A DNA stretch of 64,000 bases from Bacteroidota bacterium (GCA_026391795.1 JAPLDI010000004.1:26068-90067); one strand, 5' to 3'. Positions 42,552 to 53,090 are shown, numbered from the stretch's first letter. The notes: generated by a model from the letters alone, not told the origin. Made by a program: numbers and translations.

Positions 42552-42610
42552 TACAAATATAACTATAATATTTAGTTTGTCAACTATTATTTATAGTTAT
42601 TAAACTATAA
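42552..42610. promoter_or_regulatory. Candidate operator region for the BlaI-like repressor
   Basis: Four AACTATA/TATAGTT half-sites (42561, 42582, 42592 rc, 42603), including the dyad AACTAT-N5-ATAGTT (42582-42598) and ATAACTATA/TATAGTTAT (42559-42567 / 42592-42600). Confidence 0.35.
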
Positions 42611-42803
42611 ATACCAGTATTTGTTCTAAAATGATTGATTTTACAGGGTTTTTTAATTTCGCAATTTTTAATCCCGGTTTGATTTCCGGACGGGAAAACA
42701 CCGGATGTTTTTCCTGGGGACCGGGGATGAAGCAGGTTGTTATATGTTCCCTGTACTATCCGGACTGTGTGGTTTTTTCTTTTTCATCTCGCTTGAGATT
42801 TAA

Positions 42804-42827
42804 GTTACCGCTAAGACGCAAAGGCAC
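42804..42827. repeat. ACCGCTAAG..CGCAAAG module (F3)
   Basis: GTTACCGCTAAGACGCAAAGGCAC. Confidence 0.8.
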
Positions 42828-42840
42828 AAAAAATCGCTAA

Positions 42841-42915
42841 ATTGGAAACCTTGTTGGCAAGCCTTCGTTCGTTTCCAATTCCCATATTCGTCATTCCCAT
42901 ATTCCCATATTTCCC
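42841..42915. repeat. Hairpin plus TCCCATAT-family octamer repeat (F13)
   Basis: ATTGGAAAC (42841-42849) pairs with GTTTCCAAT (42871-42879). It is followed by TTCCCATATTCGTCATTCCCATATTCCCATATTTCCC. Confidence 0.85.
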
Positions 42916-42964
42916 TTCTTTTTCCTAACTTCGCATAAAAATTGCTGTCGTTCTGTCGACTTTT

Positions 42965-43000
42965 CAACTCGTCAGCTCATCAGCTCATCAGCTCATCAAC
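42965..43000. repeat. CTCATCAG octamer array (F1, stop-free orientation) just upstream of leuS
   Basis: CAACTCGTCAGCTCATCAGCTCATCAGCTCATCAAC ends 6 nt before ATG 43007. Confidence 0.9.
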
Positions 43001-43006
43001 TAAACT

Positions 43007-45820
43007 ATGGAGTACAATTTTTCCGGAATCGAAAAGAAATGGCAGGAAGCCTGGATGAAGAACAAGACATTCAGGGCAGAGACCGATCCGTCAAAACCAA
43101 AATTCTATGTCCTTGACATGTTTCCCTACCCCTCCGGGGCGGGACTTCACGTCGGGCATCCCCTGGGATACATTGCCTCCGATATTTATTCACGATACAA
43201 GCGGCTGAAGGGGTTCAACGTCCTCCACCCGATGGGATACGATGCTTTCGGGCTTCCGGCCGAACAGTATGCCATCCAGACCGGCACCCATCCTGCCGTT
43301 ACGACAGAGATCAACGTTGCACGCTACCGTGAACAGATGGACAAGATCGGCTTTTCGTACGACTGGGACCGGGAAGTCAAAACCAGCGACCCGGCTTATT
43401 ACAAATGGACGCAATGGACCTTCATCCAGCTCTTCAATCACTGGTTTAACCTTGAAACAAATAAAGCGGAAGCCGTAACCGAACTTATTCGGATCTTCGA
43501 AACATCAGGAAATGCTGGCGTTCGCGCAGCCATGACCGCCGACTGGAACAAAGGTTTCCGGAACAAGTATCCACATCTGGGTGAAAACTGGAAGGGTGTT
43601 TTTTCAGCATCCGAATGGAAATCCTTCCCAGAAAAAGAACAGCGCGAACTCCTGATGAACTACCGCCTCGCTTACCAGAGCGACGCGATGGTGAACTGGT
43701 GCCCGGAACTGGGAACCGTGCTTGCCAACGATGAAGTAAAAGAGGGCTTTTCCGTCCGGGGCGGACACCCGGTTGAGCGCAAACTCATGCGCCAGTGGTT
43801 CCTGCGCATCACCGCATACGCAACCCGCCTGCTTGAAGGACTTGAGAAGATTGACTTTTCAGAATCGCTGAAAGAGATCCAGAAGAACTGGATTGGCCGT
43901 TCGGAAGGCGCCGAGATCGCTTTCCCCATCGAAAACACAAATTTCAAACTGGACATCTTCACAACCCGTCCGGATACGATATTCGGAGCCACCTTTATGG
44001 TCATCGCCCCCGAGCACGAACTTGCAGAAGTCATTTCCACGCCGGCACAACATAAAGCCGTTACAGAATACCTTCACTGGGCAAAGAACCGTTCGGAGCG
44101 GGAGAGAATGTCGGAGGTGAAGAAGATCTCCGGGGTGTTTACGGGCGCCTTCTGCCTGAATCCGCTCAACGGGAAAAAGATCCCGGTCTGGGTTGCTGAT
44201 TATGTGCTGGCCGGATATGGCACCGGCGCCATCATGGCGGTTCCTGCCCACGACAGCCGCGACTACGATTTTGCAAAACATTTTGACCTTCCGATCGTGG
44301 AGGTGGTCTCCGGCGGTGATATCTCTGAAAGTTCGTACGATGCCAAAGACGGTATCCTTGTGAATTCGGAATTCATCAACGGGATGAAAGTAAAAGATGC
44401 TGTGGCGGCAGTTATCCGTAAAGTGGAAGAGCTGCAGATCGGAAAAGGAACGGTAAACTTCCGTCTCCGTGATGCCATCTTCAGCCGCCAGCGTTACTGG
44501 GGCGAACCGTTCCCGGTTTATTACAAAGACGGGATCGCTTATGTGCTGGACGAGTCAGAGCTGCCGCTTGTTCTGCCGGAAGTGGATAAATACCTTCCCA
44601 CCGAAACCGGTGAGCCTCCCCTGGCAAGGGCAAAGAACTGGAAGACAAAAGAGGGATATCCTTACGAAACCAGCACCATGCCCGGTTTTGCAGGATCGAG
44701 CGGGTATTACCTGCGGTATATGGATCCGCGCAACAACAACGAATATTTCTCAAAAGAAGCCAATCAATACTGGCAGGATGTGGATCTTTACCTCGGCGGT
44801 GCGGAACATGCCACCGGACACCTGGTCTATTCACGGTTCTGGAACAAGTTCCTTTACGATATCGGACTGGTTTGTAAGGATGAGCCTTACAGGAAGCTTA
44901 TCAACCAGGGGATGATCCAGGGCAGGTCGAGCATTGCCTACCGGATCAAGAACAATAATACCTTCGTCTCTTTTAACCTGAAGAAAGATTACGACGTTAC
45001 GGAGATGCATGTGGATGTGAACCTCGTTGAGAATGATGTTCTCGACCTGGATGCATTCAAAGCCTGGCGCCCCGATCTTGCGGATGCCGGATTCGTCCTC
45101 GAAGAGGGTAAATACATCTGCGGTTCTGAAGTGGAAAAGATGTCGAAGTCGCTTCACAATGTAGTTAACCCCGACAGCCTGATTGAACGTTACGGTGCCG
45201 ATACGCTGCGGCTTTATGAGATGTTCCTCGGTCCCCTTGAGCAGTCGAAACCCTGGGATACCAATGGTATCGAGGGGGTATTTCGTTTCATCCGGAAATT
45301 CTGGAGGTTGTACCACGACCGGGATAATAACTTTTCCGTTACCGGCGAAGAGCCGGGAAAAGAAGAGCTGAAGGTTCTTCATTCCACAATTAAGAAGATC
45401 CAGGATGATATTGAACGGTTTTCGTTCAACACGGCGGTATCCAGCTTCATGATCTGCGTGAATGAGCTCTCCGACCTGAAATGCAACAAGCGTGCAATCC
45501 TTGAGCCGCTGGTGATCCTGATCGCCCCGTATGCCCCGCACATGGCAGAAGAGCTGTGGGAAAATTTCGGACATACCGGTAGTGTCTCGTTTGCGACATT
45601 CCCCGAATACAGGGAAGAGTTTACCCTTGAGAATACTTTTCGCTATCCTGTTTCGTTTAATGGTAAGATGCGTTTCCAGCTGGAGCTCTCTCTTTCTCTT
45701 ACGGTTCCCGAGATTGAGCAGGCCGTGAGGATGGCCCCGGATACCGAAAAATGGCTCCAGGGTAAACCTCCGAGGAAGATCATCGTGGTACCAAAGAAAA
45801 TTATCAATATCGTCATTTGA
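43007..45820 (+). CDS. leuS: Leucine--tRNA ligase
   Basis: HVGHPLGY (HIGH) and [10 protein letters not shown] (KMSKS). 937 aa with a CP1 editing domain. Confidence 0.95.
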   Translation: MEYNFSGIEKKWQEAWMKNKTFRAETDPSKPKFYVLDMFPYPSGAGLHVGHPLGYIASDIYSRYKRLKGFNVLHPMGYDAFGLPAEQYAIQTGTHPAVTTEINVARYREQMDKIGFSYDWDREVKTSDPAYYKWTQWTFIQLFNHWFNLETNKAEAVTELIRIFETSGNAGVRAAMTADWNKGFRNKYPHLGENWKGVFSASEWKSFPEKEQRELLMNYRLAYQSDAMVNWCPELGTVLANDEVKEGFSVRGGHPVERKLMRQWFLRITAYATRLLEGLEKIDFSESLKEIQKNWIGRSEGAEIAFPIENTNFKLDIFTTRPDTIFGATFMVIAPEHELAEVISTPAQHKAVTEYLHWAKNRSERERMSEVKKISGVFTGAFCLNPLNGKKIPVWVADYVLAGYGTGAIMAVPAHDSRDYDFAKHFDLPIVEVVSGGDISESSYDAKDGILVNSEFINGMKVKDAVAAVIRKVEELQIGKGTVNFRLRDAIFSRQRYWGEPFPVYYKDGIAYVLDESELPLVLPEVDKYLPTETGEPPLARAKNWKTKEGYPYETSTMPGFAGSSGYYLRYMDPRNNNEYFSKEANQYWQDVDLYLGGAEHATGHLVYSRFWNKFLYDIGLVCKDEPYRKLINQGMIQGRSSIAYRIKNNNTFVSFNLKKDYDVTEMHVDVNLVENDVLDLDAFKAWRPDLADAGFVLEEGKYICGSEVEKMSKSLHNVVNPDSLIERYGADTLRLYEMFLGPLEQSKPWDTNGIEGVFRFIRKFWRLYHDRDNNFSVTGEEPGKEELKVLHSTIKKIQDDIERFSFNTAVSSFMICVNELSDLKCNKRAILEPLVILIAPYAPHMAEELWENFGHTGSVSFATFPEYREEFTLENTFRYPVSFNGKMRFQLELSLSLTVPEIEQAVRMAPDTEKWLQGKPPRKIIVVPKKIINIVI

Positions 45821-46635
45821 TGACAAAAAGCGCCCGGTTCGTATTTTTTTCCTTTTTCATTCTTCATTCTTCATTTTTCATTGCCGCTGCCCAGTCGCTT
45901 GAACCGGTAAAGAACAGTGCTTTCATCCGTGGCGAAAAGCTGAAATTCAGGGCCTATTACGATTCGTATATGACCGGAAAGGTCACAGCAGGAGTGGCTA
46001 CACTGGAAGTCAAATTTGAAGACAAGAAGATAGACGGAAGAAGCACGTATCACATCATCGCGGAAGGAAAATCAAAAGGGGCGTTTAATCTCTTTTTCAA
46101 GGTTATCGACCGGTTCGAGTCGTACATGGATGAGGAGTATCTTGTTCCGTGGTCGTTTATCAGGAGTACGCACGAACAGGGCTATTCAAAGGAAGATGAG
46201 GTCAGGTTCAATCAATATTCCGGAAACTTTTCAAGTCATACCGCCAATAAAAAAATGAAAACCGGCACGCACGATATCCTTTCCGCTTTTTTTTACTGCC
46301 GCACCCTTGATTTTTCAAACCTTAAGATGGGTGAACGCTTTCCGGTGGATTTCATGCTCGACGATTCTGTATATATCTCCCTCATCGAGTTCGCCGGGCG
46401 AGAAGATGTTGAGACGGACCTGGGCCGGTTTCACTGCCTGAAATTCAAACCCATGGTGGCTACCGGGAATGTTTTCAGTCAGCCCTACCCGATGGACATC
46501 TGGGTCTCCGATGATAAAAACCGGATCCCGGTCCTGGCAAAATCGGCCGTTATCGTAGGGTCTGTGAAACTCGAGCTGACTGAATACAAAGGACTGGCAA
46601 ACCCGGTTACCTCGCTGGTCGGGAATTCGAAGTGA
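45820..46635 (+). CDS. DUF3108-like secreted protein
   Basis: Its start overlaps the leuS stop (TGATG). The signal peptide ends ...FFIAAAQS. The beta-rich body with GEKLKFRAYY...LEV matches my recollection of DUF3108. Confidence 0.6.
   Translation: MTKSARFVFFSFFILHSSFFIAAAQSLEPVKNSAFIRGEKLKFRAYYDSYMTGKVTAGVATLEVKFEDKKIDGRSTYHIIAEGKSKGAFNLFFKVIDRFESYMDEEYLVPWSFIRSTHEQGYSKEDEVRFNQYSGNFSSHTANKKMKTGTHDILSAFFYCRTLDFSNLKMGERFPVDFMLDDSVYISLIEFAGREDVETDLGRFHCLKFKPMVATGNVFSQPYPMDIWVSDDKNRIPVLAKSAVIVGSVKLELTEYKGLANPVTSLVGNSK
45856..45882. repeat. TTCATTC heptamer repeat encoding the signal-peptide core
   Basis: TTCATTCTTCATTCTTCATTTTTCATT encodes FILHSSFFI. Confidence 0.8.
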
Positions 46636-46645
46636 GTTTATAAGA

Positions 46646-46690
46646 AGTTCTCGCAGATTTTCGCAGATTTTTCGCTGATTCCCGCAGAAC
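46646..46690. repeat. CGCAGAT-family single arm (F4)
   Basis: AGTTCTCGCAGATTTTCGCAGATTTTTCGCTGATTCCCGCAGAAC. Its first 23 nt are identical to 36626-36648. Confidence 0.9.
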
Positions 46691-46779
46691 TGCTTCCTGG
46701 TTCCGGATCACGGATTTGCGGCACAATCTTTGTATTCTTCGGCCGTTTCTCTTATAATTGCATATTTAAACCTCCCCCC

Positions 46780-49700
46780 ATGAAAACAAGACCATTCATC
46801 CTGGGCTTTGTGTTTTTTATAACGAGCCTCCTCACCTTTTCCCAAACCACACACTCCAGCCTGCCAACTCATCAACTCACCAGCTCGCCAGCCCATCAGC
46901 TCACCAGCTCATCAGCTCCCTATGACCGCCAGTGGAAAAAGGTTGATTCCCTGAATAACCTGGGGCTGCCGAAATCGGCCCTGGTGATTGTCAACAAGAT
47001 CTACGACCAGGCAAAAAAAGAAAAGAATGATGCGCAGTTCGTCAAGGCCATAATTTTCAGGCTGAAACTGAAAGCCGACTACAGGGAAGATGTGACCGCA
47101 GCATCCATCCGGGAGATCACGGCAGAGATAAAAACATCACGCGAGCCGGTAAGGCAGCTCCTGAATTCAATCCTGGCAGAGGTTTACCAGACCTATTACC
47201 AGAATAACCGCTACCGCTTCCAGGACCGGACCCAGGTTATGAACAACAATACCGACAGCATCCAAACGTGGGACTTGAAAACACTTAGCCGGAAGACTGC
47301 AAATACCTGGCTCCTTTCACTTCAGAATGCACCATTGCTGAAGACGATCCCCATTGGAAATTTCGAAGAAATCCTGATTCAACCCCGGCAGAAGGGAGAC
47401 CCGAAGAAAGATAAAGAAGATAAAAACAATTTTCGTCCTACCCTGTACGACTTTTTATGCTGGCGGGCACTGGGCTATTTTTCAGGAAGCGGGAGTTTTG
47501 ACAAGGCGTATGCCGAAACCTTTTTAATTGATCAGGCTGCCTGTTTTAGCCAGGCACCTGATTTTACCTCGAAGAAGCCTGAATTGCCGGCAGATTCATC
47601 TTCTTATCTTGCCGTTGCCCTTGTCCTCTTTCACGATCTGGCATCTTTCCATGTAAACGACAAAGATCCCCGTGCACTTATCGACGAAGAGATCCATCGT
47701 TTTCAGTTCCTGAGAGAGAATTCAATCCTTGCGGATAAAGACAGCCTCTGCCTCGATGCATTAAAAAAGCTGGAGGGAATACATCTTTCTTCACCCTGGT
47801 CAGCCGATGTCACATATGCCATTGCCGCGTTTCTCAAAGAACAGGGGGCACAGTACCAGCCGCTGGTATCACAGAAACATAAATGGGACCTGAAAGAGGC
47901 TTATGGTTATTGCAGCCTGGCAATAAAGCGGTTCCCGGAAAGTACAGGGGCAAATAATTGCAGGTTGCTGGCCGGTGAGATCGAAAAACCTTCGCTTCAG
48001 CTCCAGTCTGAATATGCTGTTGTGCCCGTCAAACCTTGCCTGGGTGTGATTGAATTCAGGAACCTGAAAAAACTCTCCTTCCGGCTTGTCAGAACAGACC
48101 CCGAAACAAACCAGGAAAGAACCACGAACCGTAACCGGGAGGAACTGATTTCCTACTACACGGGACTGCCTTTTCAGAAGAGCTGGTCGCTCGACCTGCC
48201 CAACGACGGCGATTTCCAGTCGCACAGGATGGAGTTTCTCATTCCCGGAATGCCGGCCGGATTTTATGTCCTTATCGCCTCTTCCGACACTAATTTTAAA
48301 GATCCCGGCCAGGTGATTGCCTGGACGCCTTTCTTTTCAACGCAGATCAGCTACATCAGCCAGCGGAATGAAAAAAGCGAAGTGCGTTTCTACATTCTCG
48401 ACCGGGAGGCCGGGACTCCGTTGAAAAATGTTGTTGCTGTGGCATTCCACAATGTCTATAACTACAACTCCAGAAAATACGAAAATCAGAAGCTGGGTGA
48501 ATATATATCGGATGAAAACGGATCCATCTTCCTGCCGGCATTGCCGCCAACTGCGGCTTCCAGCAGTTTGTTCCTTCGGCTGAAGATGAATGACGACCTC
48601 TTTGTGACGGGTAACTATTACCAGTATCCTGTCTACACTGCGGAAGAGAAAACAACACAGACCACTTATTTCTTCACCGACCGGGGAATATACCGGCCGG
48701 GGCAAACGATTTATTTCAAAGGGATCCTTCTTGAAAAGAAAAAGGAGATATACGCGATCAAGCCGGGTGTTCAAACCACGACGGTTTTTACCGACGTTAA
48801 CGGACAGAAGATTTCTGAACAGAATTTTACAACAAATGAATATGGTTCGTTCAATGGTTCATTTGCAATCCCGCAGGGGTTGTTGCCTGGAAAAATGTCG
48901 CTGTCAAACAGCTCCGGATCTGTCACCGTCTCTGTTGAAGAGTACAAGCGCCCCACTTTTGAGGTTTCCATTGATCCTGTTGAAGGAAACTACCGCCTCA
49001 ACGACAGCGTGACGATAACCGGGAAAGCAATAGCTTATGCCGGAAACAACATCGATGGCGCAGCTGTGAAATACCGGGTAGTGCGCTCCGCCCGTTTTCC
49101 TTTCTGGGAAAGAGGATGGTGGTTCCCCATGCCATCTGTCCCGGAGACAGAGATCCTCCAGGGCACACTGAAAACAGCCGGGGATGGCAGTTTTAAAATA
49201 AAATTCAAGGCAGTTCCCGACCTTACCGTCGACAAATCCTCAAAACCTGTATTTGATTATGTGATCTATTCCGATGTAACCGATATCAACGGAGAGACCC
49301 AGTCGGCCAACGAAAGTGTTTCTGTGGGCTATGTATCCCTGCTGATCGGGCTTGATGTTCCGGAGAAACTCGATCCTTCAAAGGATACGCTGTTTCACCT
49401 GACCTCAACCAATCTGAATGGCCGCAAGACCCCTGCCATTATTACGGTGACCATACAAAACCTGCGCCAGCCCGACCGGTTTTTCCGTGAGCGCAAATGG
49501 GACCGGCCAGATCTGACAGGGATGACTGAAAAGGAATTTCACACCGCTTTTCCGAATGATGTTTATACCGACGAGAACCTTGTTTCCACATGGCCCGTGC
49601 AACTGGATGTCCTGAACAAAGAGTTCAATACATCCAAAGATTCCGTGCTCCTCTTTTCACAGATTGCCAGGCGTGAGAACGGGGGTTGGGGGTTGGAGGA

Positions 49701-52700
49701 TGGAACGGTGTTGCCGCAAGGGACCTATCTTCTGACACTGAAATCAAAGGATCCGTATGGTGAAGTGGTTGAACAGAAGAGCACGTTTATTCTCTATGAT
49801 CATTCCGCCGCACCGGTTCCGGTACCGGAAGCCGACTGGTTTGTTCCGGTAAAAACCAGCGGGGAGCCGGGCGAGAAGGCAAAATTCCTGATCGGTACCC
49901 GGGCAGATAATGTGAACGTTCTATATGAGATCCGGGTGCATGACACGTTGTTTTCGCAGCAGTGGCTGAAACTCAGCAACAACCAGGTGCTCGTGGAGAT
50001 CCCGATCCTGGAAAAGTTCAGGGGAAATTTTTCTGTGAATTTTGTGTTCATCCGGTATAACCGGTCGTACCAGCACAGCCAGCTGGTGTATGTTCCCCAT
50101 ACCAATAAAATGCTCGATATCCGGTTTGAGACCTTCCGCAATAAATTGTATCCGGGCCAGCAGGAAGAGTGGAGGATCCGGATCTCGGATGCGGCAAAGA
50201 AAGGGGTCAGGGCTGAATACCTCTCCGCCATGTACGATGCGTCGCTGGATGTTTTTGCACCCAACAGCTGGTCTTTCTCTGTCCTTCGCGAATATTATTC
50301 TTCTCTTCCCTGGGAGGTCAATGAAGGGTTCCGTAGCTCTTCGGGAATCTATTATCCCCTGCATTCTGCCGGCGGGGAATATTTCTTTCCGGATTATCAG
50401 GAACTTGACTGGTTTGGGTTCGGGCTTGCCGGCGGCGGGCGTTACAAAAGACTCGGGGGCGCCATGACACAGATGGATCGCTCCGCAAACCTTGCCCCGC
50501 CGATGGTGGCTGACCAGGTGATGATGGAAGAAAAAAGCACGGAAGTATCACCGGCTACTGTTGCGGGAATTCCTGCACAGGGTAACATCGCCCCGGGAGA
50601 AAAGAGCGGAGTTGCACCGAAAACCGAAAAGCAGGCCGGTATCCAGGTTCGCAGGGACTTCCGGGAAACAGCTTTTTTCCTGCCTTCACTGGTTACCGAT
50701 TCTGCAGGGAACCTCGACATTAAATTCACTTTGCCCGAATCGCTGACACGATGGAAGATTCTCGGTTTTGCCCATACAAAACAACTGGATTATGGCTTTA
50801 CCGAAAAGGAGATCGTGACCCATAAGGACCTGATGGTATTCCCCAATTCGCCGAGGTTTGTCCGCCAGGGCGATACCCTCGTTTTCAGTGCCAAAGTCGT
50901 AAACCTCAGCGAGCGTGCATTAAGTGGCGAAGTGGTCTTGGAATTGTCGGACGCCCTTACACAAAAAACGGTCAGCCTGCTGGTTTCGGGTAATTCGACC
51001 CAGGCCTTCACACTGCCCACGGGCGAAAGCAGGGCGGTTCAATGGAAGCTGGCAATCCCACAGGATCCATCCCTGAGTGTGCTGCAGTACCGCATCACAG
51101 CGAAGGCAGGCAGTTTCAGCGATGGTGAGGAAAAAGCATTCCCGGTACTGACCAACCGGATGCTGGTTACCGAAGCCCTGCCGCTTCCGGTAAGGGGAAA
51201 GGGTTCGTTTGATTTCAGGTTCGATAAATTGCTGAAATCCTCCGCGGGCAGTACACTGAAGAACTATAAGCTGACCCTTGAGTTTGCGTCAAACCCGGCA
51301 TGGTACGCGGTTCAGGCGCTTTCGACACTGGATGAACCCACCTATCCGAATGCGGATAATATATTCCGTGCCTTTTATGCCAATAGCATCGCTTCTTACA
51401 TTGCCAACTCAAACCCGAAGATAAAACGTGTTTTCGACAGCTGGAAAAACAGTACTCCCGATGCACTGCTGTCGAACCTCGAGAAGAACCAGCAGCTTAA
51501 ATCGGCCCTGCTCCAGGAAACTCCCTGGGTGCTGGAAGCCAGGGATGAATCTCAACGGAAACAAAAGATTGCCTTGCTCTTCGACCTGAACACCCTTGGC
51601 GGCAGGCTGGACCAGAACCTGAAGAAACTGCAGAAGATGCAGGTATCATCCGGCGGATGGGTCTGGTTCGACGGGATGCCGGAGAGCCGCTGGATCACAC
51701 AGGATATCGTAACCGGGCTCGGGCACCTTGACCATCTTGGAATAAAAAATATCCGTAACGACAAGGATACGTGGAACATGGTCAGCAATGCCATTAACTA
51801 CCTTGACGGGGAGATGGTAAAAGACTATAAGGATATCCAGAAATATTATCCTGGCAAGATGGATGAGAACCACCTCGGCACAGCAGAGATCCAGTACCTC
51901 TATGCCCGAAGTTATTTTCTTGCTGACCTGCCGCTGAAAAGCAACGGGGATGGAAAAACCGCATTTCAGTATTTCCAGAATCAGGCAGAGAAATACTGGC
52001 TGCAAAACGACCTGTACTGCCAGGGAATGATCGGGCTCGCATTAAACCGGCTGGGGAATAAAACCGTTCCTGCCGCCATCCTTAAATCGCTTTCCGAAAA
52101 AGCGCTTCATTCGCAGGAAATGGGAATGTACTGGACTACCGGTGGCGGTTATGAGTGGTACCAGGCACCTGTGGAAACACAGGCCTTGCTAATCGAAGCC
52201 TATGAAGAAATTACGACCGACCCGAAGCCGGTCGACGAAATGAAGATCTGGCTGCTGAAACAAAAACAGACGCAGGACTGGAAAACCGGCCGTGCCACGG
52301 CGGAGGCCTGTTATGCATTACTGCTTCGCGGAACAGATCTGCTGGCGGAAGATCCCGGGGTGACAATCAGCCTTGGAAACGAAATCATCGATCCGCAGAA
52401 ATTAAAGGATACAAAGGTGGAGGCCGGCACCGGATATTTCCAGGTCACCCGCGACGGAAAAGAGATCCGTCCTGAAATGGGAAATGTAACAGTGACACGC
52501 TCAGGTGAAGGGGTTGCATGGGGCGCCCTCTACTGGCAGTACTTTGAGGACCTGGACAAGATCACACCACATACAACGCCACTTAAACTGGAAAAGAAAC
52601 TTTTCATTGAGCGGATAACTCCATCGGGAAAGGTACTTGAGCCAATTACGAATGGAAATGGGGTTAAGATTGGGGATAAGATCATTGTCAGGATCATTCT

Positions 52701-53007
52701 TACCGTTGACAGGGACCTGGAATTTGTTCATATGAAAGACATGCGGGCATCGGCTTTTGAGCCCCCGACCACGGAACAGATGTCGGGCTACCGTTACCAG
52801 GATGGATTGGGTTATTACCAGTCGACGACCGATATGGCAACAAACTTTTTCTTCGAATCTCTTCGGAAAGGAACCTGGGTATTTGAATACCCGCTGGTTG
52901 TCAATGCTGCCGGCGGTTATTCCAACGGCATCACAACGGTGCAGTGCATGTATGCACCCGAGTTCGGCGCACATTCGGAGGGGTTACGAGTAAACGTCGC
53001 ACGATAG
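46780..53007 (+). CDS. Alpha-2-macroglobulin-family large protease-inhibitor-like protein (no CxEQ thioester motif seen)
   Basis: 2075 aa with a signal peptide, many MG-type beta-sandwich segments, and a TED-like alpha/alpha region (SSGGWVWFDGMPESRWITQDIV, YWTTGGGYEWYQAPVETQALLIEAY). I found no C-x-E-Q. Confidence 0.8.
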   Translation: MKTRPFILGFVFFITSLLTFSQTTHSSLPTHQLTSSPAHQLTSSSAPYDRQWKKVDSLNNLGLPKSALVIVNKIYDQAKKEKNDAQFVKAIIFRLKLKADYREDVTAASIREITAEIKTSREPVRQLLNSILAEVYQTYYQNNRYRFQDRTQVMNNNTDSIQTWDLKTLSRKTANTWLLSLQNAPLLKTIPIGNFEEILIQPRQKGDPKKDKEDKNNFRPTLYDFLCWRALGYFSGSGSFDKAYAETFLIDQAACFSQAPDFTSKKPELPADSSSYLAVALVLFHDLASFHVNDKDPRALIDEEIHRFQFLRENSILADKDSLCLDALKKLEGIHLSSPWSADVTYAIAAFLKEQGAQYQPLVSQKHKWDLKEAYGYCSLAIKRFPESTGANNCRLLAGEIEKPSLQLQSEYAVVPVKPCLGVIEFRNLKKLSFRLVRTDPETNQERTTNRNREELISYYTGLPFQKSWSLDLPNDGDFQSHRMEFLIPGMPAGFYVLIASSDTNFKDPGQVIAWTPFFSTQISYISQRNEKSEVRFYILDREAGTPLKNVVAVAFHNVYNYNSRKYENQKLGEYISDENGSIFLPALPPTAASSSLFLRLKMNDDLFVTGNYYQYPVYTAEEKTTQTTYFFTDRGIYRPGQTIYFKGILLEKKKEIYAIKPGVQTTTVFTDVNGQKISEQNFTTNEYGSFNGSFAIPQGLLPGKMSLSNSSGSVTVSVEEYKRPTFEVSIDPVEGNYRLNDSVTITGKAIAYAGNNIDGAAVKYRVVRSARFPFWERGWWFPMPSVPETEILQGTLKTAGDGSFKIKFKAVPDLTVDKSSKPVFDYVIYSDVTDINGETQSANESVSVGYVSLLIGLDVPEKLDPSKDTLFHLTSTNLNGRKTPAIITVTIQNLRQPDRFFRERKWDRPDLTGMTEKEFHTAFPNDVYTDENLVSTWPVQLDVLNKEFNTSKDSVLLFSQIARRENGGWGLEDGTVLPQGTYLLTLKSKDPYGEVVEQKSTFILYDHSAAPVPVPEADWFVPVKTSGEPGEKAKFLIGTRADNVNVLYEIRVHDTLFSQQWLKLSNNQVLVEIPILEKFRGNFSVNFVFIRYNRSYQHSQLVYVPHTNKMLDIRFETFRNKLYPGQQEEWRIRISDAAKKGVRAEYLSAMYDASLDVFAPNSWSFSVLREYYSSLPWEVNEGFRSSSGIYYPLHSAGGEYFFPDYQELDWFGFGLAGGGRYKRLGGAMTQMDRSANLAPPMVADQVMMEEKSTEVSPATVAGIPAQGNIAPGEKSGVAPKTEKQAGIQVRRDFRETAFFLPSLVTDSAGNLDIKFTLPESLTRWKILGFAHTKQLDYGFTEKEIVTHKDLMVFPNSPRFVRQGDTLVFSAKVVNLSERALSGEVVLELSDALTQKTVSLLVSGNSTQAFTLPTGESRAVQWKLAIPQDPSLSVLQYRITAKAGSFSDGEEKAFPVLTNRMLVTEALPLPVRGKGSFDFRFDKLLKSSAGSTLKNYKLTLEFASNPAWYAVQALSTLDEPTYPNADNIFRAFYANSIASYIANSNPKIKRVFDSWKNSTPDALLSNLEKNQQLKSALLQETPWVLEARDESQRKQKIALLFDLNTLGGRLDQNLKKLQKMQVSSGGWVWFDGMPESRWITQDIVTGLGHLDHLGIKNIRNDKDTWNMVSNAINYLDGEMVKDYKDIQKYYPGKMDENHLGTAEIQYLYARSYFLADLPLKSNGDGKTAFQYFQNQAEKYWLQNDLYCQGMIGLALNRLGNKTVPAAILKSLSEKALHSQEMGMYWTTGGGYEWYQAPVETQALLIEAYEEITTDPKPVDEMKIWLLKQKQTQDWKTGRATAEACYALLLRGTDLLAEDPGVTISLGNEIIDPQKLKDTKVEAGTGYFQVTRDGKEIRPEMGNVTVTRSGEGVAWGALYWQYFEDLDKITPHTTPLKLEKKLFIERITPSGKVLEPITNGNGVKIGDKIIVRIILTVDRDLEFVHMKDMRASAFEPPTTEQMSGYRYQDGLGYYQSTTDMATNFFFESLRKGTWVFEYPLVVNAAGGYSNGITTVQCMYAPEFGAHSEGLRVNVAR
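46865..46917. repeat. CTCATCAG-family octamers (F1) in-frame inside the alpha-2-macroglobulin gene
   Basis: CAACTCATCAACTCACCAGCTCGCCAGCCCATCAGCTCACCAGCTCATCAGCT encodes PTHQLTSSPAHQLTSSSA just after the signal peptide. Confidence 0.9.
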
Positions 53008-53016
53008 CAACCCGAT

Positions 53017-53040
53017 GCGGGATGCTGGATGCTGGATACC
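53017..53040. repeat. GCTGGAT heptamers (F7)
   Basis: GCGGGATGCTGGATGCTGGATACC lies 10 nt after the A2M stop. Confidence 0.85.
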
Positions 53041-53059
53041 TTATGCAGTATCTTTTCCT

Positions 53060-53067
53060 TACATTTG
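53060..53067 (+). promoter_or_regulatory. Candidate -7 promoter box (TAnnTTTG) for aspS
   Basis: TACATTTG lies 24 nt upstream of ATG 53091. Confidence 0.5.
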
Positions 53068-53090
53068 CAGGTAAATAAAACCTATTAAAT

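Noticed and set aside
42631-42840. 69-aa ORF in the blaI/leuS divergent spacer.
   Set aside because: No promoter box or recognisable features. Its C-terminus (RRKGTKNR) is the translation of an F3 repeat module.
42841-43006. Possible T-box, riboswitch or attenuator leaders upstream of leuS and aspS (the latter at 53008-53090).
   Set aside because: I see no specifier/T-box-like conserved sequence or terminator/antiterminator alternative. The spacers are explained by repeat modules plus a promoter box.
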